Positions 56,762-64,000 of a DNA stretch of 64,000 nt are shown here, one piece after another. The stretch spans positions 32,001-96,000 of the forward strand of contig JAUSGI010000006.1 of the NCBI GenBank assembly GCA_030649135.1. Direction: 5' to 3'. Origin of the DNA: a bacterium. GTDB taxonomy: Bacteria; Patescibacteriota; Minisyncoccia; Phycocordibacterales; Zambryskibacteraceae. Position 1 is the stretch's first letter, and every line of letters begins with the position of its first letter. Both the position numbers and the translations under genes were made by a program. The notes beneath the pieces are model-generated. The model worked only from the letters and a program-made list of their open reading frames with translations, had not been told where the DNA came from and made no database searches.

Positions 56762-57422
56762 TCTTCATTGTAAGCTTTTTAGCATCTTTAAGAAAGCCCG
56801 ACTTATTTAAAAACAGATAAGTTAGCGAACCGAATGACCCAATCCAAAAGGCAAGGACAATAGCAGAGAAGCCCAACGGAGCGCCCAAGAGTAATCCGAC
56901 AGAGAGTCCAAGCTTGGCATCGCCGAAACCCATAGCCCGACCACGGCTTACAAGCCAAATTAGTCCAAAGAAGATAAACAAAACGGGCCCCGCCAGCCAG
57001 TCCAACAGACTGCCACCGGAAAAAAGTTTCAAAACCAGAGCCAGCAAAATACTCGTATAGACCAAAGTGTCCGGAATAATCTTATGTCTGAAATCGTAGA
57101 TAGTGATAACTACATAGATACAAAATACGGGTATAAAAATATATGGAACAGTAGCAAATAAGAGACCAGTCCAAAGTTCAATCAGAGGATACTGCCAAGA
57201 GATTTTTGCCTGGCATCCTCGGCACCTCGCCCTAAGCAAGAAGAAGCTTACAATCGGCACCAGTTCTTGCCACCGGAGAACTTTTCCACAGGAAGGACAT
57301 GCCGACCGACCGCCTAGATTAGAAAGAACCCCGCCACGGCGGGGCAGGTCCCAACGCAAGCCAACCACATTGAGAAAACTGCCGACAATGGCGCCTAAAA
57401 CAAAAAGGATGACCGTAGTCAT
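56673..57422 (-). CDS. pilD: Prepilin peptidase (A24 family)
   Basis: N-terminal zinc ribbon CPSCGKVLRW...CRGCQAKI. Polytopic membrane core. Confidence 0.8.
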   Translation of the reverse strand: MTTVILFVLGAIVGSFLNVVGLRWDLPRRGGVLSNLGGRSACPSCGKVLRWQELVPIVSFFLLRARCRGCQAKISWQYPLIELWTGLLFATVPYIFIPVFCIYVVITIYDFRHKIIPDTLVYTSILLALVLKLFSGGSLLDWLAGPVLFIFFGLIWLVSRGRAMGFGDAKLGLSVGLLLGAPLGFSAIVLAFWIGSFGSLTYLFLNKSGFLKDAKKLTMKSEVPFAPAIILGAWMSLVFHLDILHVALF

Positions 57423-57463
57423 CCTTTAAGTATAGCAAACCCACAAATTTGCTCTTTGTTGTT

Positions 57464-59563
57464 TTATCGCGCCATATCTTTCAATATGACCTGCATCTGG
57501 TCCAGTACTGCTTTCATACTCTCGAGTGCTACGGCATATTGTTGAGTTGTCGCCTGAACACTGCCTCCACTACCACCCCCGGATGCTCCTTCCACTATAC
57601 TAAACGGCGCATCACTTTGATCTGATTTCCCCGTTTTAGAATCAGTGAACACGACTACATATTGACCAGCTGGAATGGGGCTCCCATTCATATCATAACC
57701 AACTTTCCACAGGAAAGAACTCTTACCGAGTGGTATCTTTTTGACAGGCTCTAGGGTATACAGAATACTCGGCATCATGGGACACATCTGGGTTTTTGTA
57801 TCGCAGGGCTGAATCCAATTTGTAAGTGTAATATCACCATAGGTCATAATATCAGACGGCGAAGAAAACAAGTCAATGGCTCTGTGAGTATCTTTCTCCC
57901 ACACTTCTCCTCCATTCGGCGAAAGAATAGTGACGAGAGGAGGAGCGCTGACTGTAAACATGAAGGAGTTACTCATGCCACCTGAGTTTATGACGGAAAC
58001 GGGATGAGAGCCTGGCACTACCTGCCAGCGCAAGAGAGACAGGATACACATGCGGTCAGGAGGACAAGTGTTTAAATCGCTAGGAAGTGTAAAAGTTATG
58101 GTTGTCCCATTTGAACTAAGCCCATGCAGATACCCTGCGCCAAATGCAACGCTGTTATTGGTAGAAGTAAAGTTACTGCCAGTGATGGTAACGTTCGTAC
58201 CGACCATGCCCGAGACAGGCTTGAGGGCGGTGATGGAAGGAGGCGCAACAACAGAACTGCCTACGGGTACACTAAGCGTATGCTCCGCGCTTCCGCCACG
58301 GCAGTCATTGGCCGTCGCCTTCACGGTGTATGTTCCTGATGCCGCCCATGCGTGAGACCGCGTGAAATTCCAGTTTTGCTTGTTTTGCTGATGTGGAATC
58401 GAGCACGGTCCCACCGCTCCGGGTCCGTCTCCCCACGATATGTCCCATGCAAGATCGTCGCCATCGGCATCGGTTGCCGCCCAGCTGAATGAGACAATCT
58501 GACCAACTTTGATGTCCGCGGGAACTGCGGGAAATCCGTTGATGACAGGATAAATATTCGGACCAGCCCAACCCACTATTTTGAATTCTCTGTCGCTTGA
58601 ATCGCAGATGCTTGTGCCGGACTGGCAGACTTGAATAGTATAATAATCACCATGGTAGGGAATATCGTAGCCCAGTCCGTACTTACCTACCTCCCAGCTA
58701 TACGAAGAACTAGACACACCGTTGGCAATCTGATACGAGTCATGACGCGGGGTACAAGTATAGATGGACGGTTCGCAGTAGTCGGCTGCTATTCTGATGT
58801 CGTACAGCCGTGACGGGCAAGGTAGACCGATTTGGCATGTAGTGGTCATGTTGTCCTGCCACTTAATCGTCTGCTTCGTCTCTTTACTCCACGTCTCTCC
58901 CCCATTCGGCGAAAGTACTGTAATGGAACCGATGATTTCCGATGGCGGAGTATGGCAGGCCGTAATAATCCTTGCGCGTGTCTGTGACCCCACCACGCCA
59001 TATCCTGTTGTCACCGGACTCCCCGAAGAAACGATGCCCTGTTTCGCCTGCCAGCGCTGTACCGCTCTTTCAGTAGCTACGCCGTAGTAACCGGTGATTA
59101 ACCCTTCCGGATAGACCGTTGGGTCGACGGCCAAGATTTGCTGTAATTTAGTCACTTCTCCCTCTGATGCCGCATCATTTATGCCGCGGGAGAGGGTGTG
59201 TGTGAATACAGGACACACCGAAGGAACTTGGGTTGGCCGCGATACAGGTTGCAGTTCAGTCTGACTTAAGTTGATTAATTGTTGTTGCAGTACCTGAATC
59301 TGCTCTTTGATTGCATTAATTTGCGCCTGAACCTCTGCACTTGTAGCAGCGAAACTCAAACTAGGTACGGCAAGTAGAACTAGCGACAGGGAAAGTAACG
59401 TGTATTTTTTAAACATATTGTTTACGGGCAGGAAATCGCTCCAAGAGCAAGATTGGCCGGAATCAGTTTGGAAGCACCGGTACTGTCTACACACCATGCT
59501 TCTCCAGTAGTGGATGTTAATAGTAACGCCGACACCGCGTAGGCAGTACCATCTGTGTGGCAT
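57464..59563 (-). CDS. Large secreted protein with peptidoglycan-binding (PG_binding_1-like) domain and repeated beta-domains; likely start at Met 59416
   Basis: Signal peptide MFKKYTLLSLSLVLLAVPSLSFA from the internal Met. Segment QQILAVDPTVYPEGLITGYYGVATERAVQRWQ. Duplicated LSPNGGE.W modules. GGSGGS linker. Confidence 0.6.
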   Translation of the reverse strand: MPHRWYCLRGVGVTINIHYWRSMVCRQYRCFQTDSGQSCSWSDFLPVNNMFKKYTLLSLSLVLLAVPSLSFAATSAEVQAQINAIKEQIQVLQQQLINLSQTELQPVSRPTQVPSVCPVFTHTLSRGINDAASEGEVTKLQQILAVDPTVYPEGLITGYYGVATERAVQRWQAKQGIVSSGSPVTTGYGVVGSQTRARIITACHTPPSEIIGSITVLSPNGGETWSKETKQTIKWQDNMTTTCQIGLPCPSRLYDIRIAADYCEPSIYTCTPRHDSYQIANGVSSSSYSWEVGKYGLGYDIPYHGDYYTIQVCQSGTSICDSSDREFKIVGWAGPNIYPVINGFPAVPADIKVGQIVSFSWAATDADGDDLAWDISWGDGPGAVGPCSIPHQQNKQNWNFTRSHAWAASGTYTVKATANDCRGGSAEHTLSVPVGSSVVAPPSITALKPVSGMVGTNVTITGSNFTSTNNSVAFGAGYLHGLSSNGTTITFTLPSDLNTCPPDRMCILSLLRWQVVPGSHPVSVINSGGMSNSFMFTVSAPPLVTILSPNGGEVWEKDTHRAIDLFSSPSDIMTYGDITLTNWIQPCDTKTQMCPMMPSILYTLEPVKKIPLGKSSFLWKVGYDMNGSPIPAGQYVVVFTDSKTGKSDQSDAPFSIVEGASGGGSGGSVQATTQQYAVALESMKAVLDQMQVILKDMAR

Positions 59564-59862
59564 GAGAGATCAGCACCAGTTGGGTAGTTAGCAGGGTCGG
59601 TATATTGAACCATACTAGAATCAGCATCCGTGAAGAAAGCATCGGAACATACATCTGCGACAGCAGCGCCATAATTACTATTAGAATCGAAGTAGACTTC
59701 GGCGGCAGCTCGAAGGCCGGAAAGTTGCGCCTTAACCTTAGCATCATTGCCCTTGCCTCGCGCAGTATTGAGGGATGCCAGCACCACCGATGAGAGAATG
59801 CCGATAATAGCGATAACTACCAGAAGTTCGATGAGGGTGAAGCCTCTTTCTTTTCTAACCAT
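59422..59862 (-). CDS. pilA: Type IV pilin (PilA-like major pilin)
   Basis: N-terminal [32 protein letters not shown]-terminal Cys pair. Confidence 0.8.
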   Translation of the reverse strand: MVRKERGFTLIELLVVIAIIGILSSVVLASLNTARGKGNDAKVKAQLSGLRAAAEVYFDSNSNYGAAVADVCSDAFFTDADSSMVQYTDPANYPTGADLSCHTDGTAYAVSALLLTSTTGEAWCVDSTGASKLIPANLALGAISCP

Positions 59863-59885
59863 ATATTCTTTAGGAAATTTAACTA

Positions 59886-60317
59886 TTAACAGCTAGTGGT
59901 AGTAATGGCTGTAGTCCTAGTTTTCGAACTACCGAGACTATCAACACACCAAGAATTTGTGCCTCCAACTCCTGGCAAGAGGGCAGAAACGGCATAAGCC
60001 GAAACGGATGACCGGCAAGTGAGAGTAGCATTTGTCGGGTAATTTCCTTGAGTGGTGTACTGCACCATGCCGGAAAGTGTGTCATTAAACATGCCCGCAC
60101 CACAGCCTGGGTTGGAAGCCGGGCCGTAATTTCCGACAGTGTCGAAATAAATTTCTGCCGATGCTCGCAGGCCGGAAAGTTGAGCCTTAATCTTGGCATC
60201 ATTGCCCTTACCTCGCGCGGTATTGAGGGATGCCAGCACCACCGAAGAGAGAATGCCGATAATAGCGATAACCACCAGAAGCTCGATGAGGGTGAAACCC
60301 TTTGTTCTTTTGTTCAT
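59886..60317 (-). CDS. pilA: Type IV pilin paralog (PilA-like)
   Basis: N-terminal [31 protein letters not shown]. The first ~60 aa are nearly identical to the neighbouring pilin. Confidence 0.8.
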   Translation of the reverse strand: MNKRTKGFTLIELLVVIAIIGILSSVVLASLNTARGKGNDAKIKAQLSGLRASAEIYFDTVGNYGPASNPGCGAGMFNDTLSGMVQYTTQGNYPTNATLTCRSSVSAYAVSALLPGVGGTNSWCVDSLGSSKTRTTAITTTSC

Positions 60318-60383
60318 AATAACTTTAACAATTTTATCTATAACTTATAAATCACCTATTTTGAGTGATAAGCCCATTATACC

Positions 60384-61592
60384 CTATAAGCCGGCGGAAT
60401 TGGCAATGTCGTATATGGGGATAAGCACGGAAGCCAAAAGGACACCGACCCCAAGACCCAAAAGGACAATCATTACCGGCTCGATTAAGCTTACCAGAGT
60501 ATCGACGGCATTTATCACTTCTCTCTGGTAAAAGTGAGCCATAGTGCCGAGGATTGAGCCAAGTTCACCGGATTCCTCACCCACCTTTATCATCTGGACA
60601 AGCATGCCCGGGATTTCCTCATATTGAGACAGCGACTGGGAAAACGAGCTCCCGCCTTTTACAGCTAGGAGGCTCTCCTCCAGAATCTGCCTATAAACGT
60701 CGTTACCAACTACGGAGGCGGTTACTTCGATCGATTTAACCATAGGAATACCGGAGAGCACCATCGTGTTCATGTTGTCTGCAATGATGGAAAGATAGAG
60801 TTTCTTATAAAGAGAGCCGACATAAGGTACGGAGAGCTTGAAGCGGGCCAAAGCCGACCTGCCCTCGGCTGTGCGCGTGTAGCGCACGACGAAAAATCCG
60901 AAAATCACTAGAGCTACCGGTATGACAATGCCGTAGCTGATAAAAAAGTTACTGACAGCGAAAACGATTTTAGTATAGAACGGTATCGTCTGACCAGACT
61001 CGAGAATAATGAGACTGATTTTCGGAATAATCACCGTAAACATCAGCACCATCACCGCGATAAAGACGGTGATAACGAAAGCCGGATAAATCAAGGCATT
61101 CTGGGCCTTGGAAACCACCTCGTAGTTGCGGTCCAGGTAATCGGCCAGATGATTGAAAGTCTCGTTTAATTTGCCGGTCTCTTCGCCGGAGCGAACCATG
61201 TTGACATAGAACTCGGAGAAGACAGCCGGATGTTTGGCAAGCGCCTTGGAAATACTGCTACCGGACTGGAGGTCATCCGCGACTTGGATTAAACTTTTCT
61301 TTAAAGTTTTATTTTCCATCTCGCTCGACAGGAGAGTAAATATCTTCAGGGCGGAAACTTGCGCCTCGAACAGGGTGGCCATCTGCCGCGAGAGTATCAC
61401 CACTTCCTTATGCGAAACCCCCGAACCAAAGTGCATATTGGAGAACCACGACTCTTTCTCGTCCGGTGATATCTCGGAAATGATGAGTCCGCGCCTCTGG
61501 AGCGAACCGACAGCCACGTCAAGAGATACCGCTTCAATCGAACCGGCTACGCGTTTCCCAGAATTTTCCAGAGCTTTGTAGTTGAAAAGCAT
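60384..61592 (-). CDS. pilC: Type IV pilus platform protein PilC (GspF family)
   Basis: 402 aa. Two GspF repeats. 3 TM. Confidence 0.85.
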   Translation of the reverse strand: MLFNYKALENSGKRVAGSIEAVSLDVAVGSLQRRGLIISEISPDEKESWFSNMHFGSGVSHKEVVILSRQMATLFEAQVSALKIFTLLSSEMENKTLKKSLIQVADDLQSGSSISKALAKHPAVFSEFYVNMVRSGEETGKLNETFNHLADYLDRNYEVVSKAQNALIYPAFVITVFIAVMVLMFTVIIPKISLIILESGQTIPFYTKIVFAVSNFFISYGIVIPVALVIFGFFVVRYTRTAEGRSALARFKLSVPYVGSLYKKLYLSIIADNMNTMVLSGIPMVKSIEVTASVVGNDVYRQILEESLLAVKGGSSFSQSLSQYEEIPGMLVQMIKVGEESGELGSILGTMAHFYQREVINAVDTLVSLIEPVMIVLLGLGVGVLLASVLIPIYDIANSAGL

Positions 61593-61597
61593 TTTGG

Positions 61598-62665
61598 TTA
61601 CACCATACGCTCAAGCGTCTTGGGGTTAGAGGAGAATTGGAAAGCATTTTCCACCGTCACTTCTCCCTTTCTCACCAATTCAGCCAGACATCTGTTCAAA
61701 TCAATCATCCCGTCCTCCGAACTGGTCTCAATGACAGAACCGATTTCGTGGGTGCGTTTTTCGCGAATCAGATTGGCGGTAGCGTTATTATTAATGAGAA
61801 GTTCAAAGGCCGGAATCAATCCGCCGGAGATGCGAGGCAAGAGACGCTGGGAAAAGATACCCAAGAGACTGCTTGCCAATTGGATACGGATTTGGGTTTG
61901 CTGGTCAGACGGGAAGGAGTCGATAATACGGTCCACCGTCTGACCAGCCGTATTGGTATGGAGAGTCGATAAGACGAGATGCCCGGTTTCCGCGGCAGTC
62001 ACCGCGGTAGAGATAGTTTCCGGGTCACGCATCTCACCAATCATCACAATATCGGCGTCCTGACGAAAGACTCCCTGCAGTGCAGTATGGAAATCTGGGG
62101 TATCAAGCTTGACCTCGCGCTGGTCGATAATCGCTTTCTTGGGTTCGAAAATGTATTCCACCGGGTCCTCGATGGTAATGATGTGTTCGAGCCGCTCCAG
62201 GTTGATGGTCTCCACCATAGTGGCAAGCGTAGTGGATTTACCCACCCCTACCGGACCCACTACCAAGAAAAATCCCTGCTGGCGCTTGGCAAACGTTTCA
62301 AGAATCGGCGGCAGATTGAGCTCTTCGAAACTTTTTACTTTGGTCGGCACCAACCTCATAGCTACGTTAAATCTGCCTAGTGAGAAGAAGGCGTTACAGC
62401 GGAAACGCAGTTTACCGACATGACTGTAAGCAAAGTTAGTCTCCTTGCGGGCCACAAATTCTTTGTTTGCTTCCGGAGAAAGAAAGACGGCGAGAAATCC
62501 CTCCATGTCCGCGCGCGTAAGTACGGGCATCTTCATCAGAGGAATCAAGAAATTAGAAACTCGAATGACTGGTGGCCGGCCTTCCGAAAGGTGGAGATCG
62601 GAAGCGCCCTCCTTGACCACCGTGTCCACAAGTTCACTTAAAAGTTTTTCCGGTGTGGCAGACAT
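61598..62665 (-). CDS. pilT: Type IV pilus retraction ATPase PilT
   Basis: 355 aa. Walker A GPVGVGKSTTLA. Segment IITIEDPVEYIF. Asp/His boxes. Confidence 0.85.
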   Translation of the reverse strand: MSATPEKLLSELVDTVVKEGASDLHLSEGRPPVIRVSNFLIPLMKMPVLTRADMEGFLAVFLSPEANKEFVARKETNFAYSHVGKLRFRCNAFFSLGRFNVAMRLVPTKVKSFEELNLPPILETFAKRQQGFFLVVGPVGVGKSTTLATMVETINLERLEHIITIEDPVEYIFEPKKAIIDQREVKLDTPDFHTALQGVFRQDADIVMIGEMRDPETISTAVTAAETGHLVLSTLHTNTAGQTVDRIIDSFPSDQQTQIRIQLASSLLGIFSQRLLPRISGGLIPAFELLINNNATANLIREKRTHEIGSVIETSSEDGMIDLNRCLAELVRKGEVTVENAFQFSSNPKTLERMV

Positions 62666-62666
62666 A

Positions 62667-63086
62667 TTATTTATTTTCCAAATTAGCGATTTTTAGGGCC
62701 TCCTCGACTACTTCCGAAGGGATAGTTGTCGCCTTAACGATATAGCCATTGATGCCGAGCGCTTTGGCCTGCTCGATCTTGTCCCGATCGCTTTCATTAG
62801 TGAGCATAATGACCACGGCATTGGGAACGAGTTTCTCTTTACGAATAATTTCCAGAAGTTCGATACCGTCGATGTCCGGCATGATGATATCGAGAATGAG
62901 GATGTCCGGTTTGGCGCCGCCGCGCAGTTTGATAAGCGCATACTCGGAACCGACCACCACATCCACGACGGCACCTTCACTTTCAAACTTCTTGCGATAC
63001 ATGTCCAAGAGAAACTTGTCGTCATCCACTATGAGTACCGTGTATTTTTTCCCCATCACTCTATTATAGCGTATTAATTTCCTCAA
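62667..63086 (-). CDS. Stand-alone CheY-like response regulator receiver domain
   Basis: 139 aa. Acidic pocket DDD, phospho-acceptor D in ILILDIIMPDIDG, conserved T and K. Confidence 0.8.
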   Translation of the reverse strand: MRKLIRYNRVMGKKYTVLIVDDDKFLLDMYRKKFESEGAVVDVVVGSEYALIKLRGGAKPDILILDIIMPDIDGIELLEIIRKEKLVPNAVVIMLTNESDRDKIEQAKALGINGYIVKATTIPSEVVEEALKIANLENK

Positions 63087-64000
63087 ATGGAATGATTCGT
63101 TGGAAGGCCTTGAGGACGGCGTCCTCTTTCATAGAGAGCATCCCTTTGGCCCGCGCCACCTTGTGAATCTCGGTTTCGGTCGGATTTTTGAGAATGACCG
63201 CCTCGATATTCTTATCCATTTCAAGCACCTCTATTACCGCCACCCGCCCGGAGGTGCCTTTGAGACATTCCGGCGTTTGTTCAATCTCGTAAACTTCTTT
63301 ACCGAAAGCAATTTTCTTTCTGAATTCCGGGGGTAAATCTTCGAATTGCTTGTCAAGCATCAACTTGATGGAATCTTCGACAGCAATCGGTTTACCGCTA
63401 TTAGGACAGAGCTTCCTAACCAGCCGCTGGGCCATGGTTAGAATTAATGTCGGGGCTATGAGGTAGGGGTCTACGCCCATGTCTATCAGTCGCGGGATGG
63501 CGCCGATGGCGTTATTGGTGTGAAGAGTTGAGAACACGAGATGTCCGGTCAGTGCGGCTTGGATAGCAAGCTGGGCTGTCTCCTTGTCCCGAATCTCCCC
63601 CACCATAATCACGTCTGGGTCCTGACGCAAAGTGGTGCGCAGACCGGTAGCGAAGGTGTAGTCTATCTCCGGATGAATTTGAGACTGCGAGACACCGTCT
63701 ATCGAGTACTCCACAGGGTCCTCAAGCGAAAGGACGTTCATGTGGTCCTTATCCACTTCATTAAGCATCGCGTAAAGAGTGGTTGACTTACCGGACCCTG
63801 TCGGGCCGGTGACGAGAATCAGACCATACGGACGTTTGAAAGCTTTTCTTAGCAATGCCAGATTAGTTTCCGAGAAACCCATATCGTCGAGAGTCCTTAA
63901 ACCTTGCGACTGGTCGAGAATACGCATGACCACTTTCTCGCCATAATAGGTGGGGAAAGTCGAAACACGAAAGTCAATCTTTCTGTCACCCACTCTGGCG
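63064..64000 (-). CDS. pilB: Type IV pilus assembly ATPase PilB/GspE, C-terminal part (N-terminus beyond window end)
   Basis: Walker A LVTGPTGSGKSTTLYAML. Segment VLSLEDPVEY. Tetracysteine-free C-terminus. The ORF is open to the window edge. Confidence 0.8.
   Translation of the reverse strand, partial: ARVGDRKIDFRVSTFPTYYGEKVVMRILDQSQGLRTLDDMGFSETNLALLRKAFKRPYGLILVTGPTGSGKSTTLYAMLNEVDKDHMNVLSLEDPVEYSIDGVSQSQIHPEIDYTFATGLRTTLRQDPDVIMVGEIRDKETAQLAIQAALTGHLVFSTLHTNNAIGAIPRLIDMGVDPYLIAPTLILTMAQRLVRKLCPNSGKPIAVEDSIKLMLDKQFEDLPPEFRKKIAFGKEVYEIEQTPECLKGTSGRVAVIEVLEMDKNIEAVILKNPTETEIHKVARAKGMLSMKEDAVLKAFQRIIPFEEINTL

Overview
This window reads as a segment of a small, largely Shine-Dalgarno-less bacterial chromosome, plausibly of Patescibacteria/CPR type (inference). 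Most genes lie on the minus strand. The conserved core comprises rpoB-rpoC-dnaG-rpoD, rpsP-KH-trmD, prfB, a copper module (csoR-copA-HMA fusion), five tRNA genes, gatC-gatA, ligA and a complete type IV pilus locus (pilB partial, a receiver, pilT, pilC, two pilins, a peptidoglycan-binding secreted protein, pilD and four minor pilins).

The accessory content is what stands out:
- A partial integrative element at the 5' edge: a large serine recombinase, a Toprim primase fused to a RecA-like helicase, a small helical protein, a roughly 550-nt ORF-free structured RNA candidate, and an HTH protein.
- A defence island with a Schlafen/AlbA_2-like protein and a Type III R-M system (mod-res).
- Three GC-rich islands (about 58-60% GC) whose genes have strong AAGGAGG ribosome-binding sites, unlike the native genes. 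One of them carries an acyl-lipid desaturase.
- Two copies of a roughly 130-nt structured RNA motif with compensatory base changes, each in the 5' leader of a small two-TM membrane-protein gene. This is the most interesting candidate for something undescribed.
- A membrane-anchored HEPN (Rx4H) protein next to a tRNA cluster that contains two divergent CAT-anticodon tRNAs with non-canonical T-loops.
- A HisRS catalytic domain without an anticodon-binding domain, translationally coupled to a DEDDy exonuclease.

Every call is from reading the sequence and recalling family motifs. No database searches or structure predictions were run.
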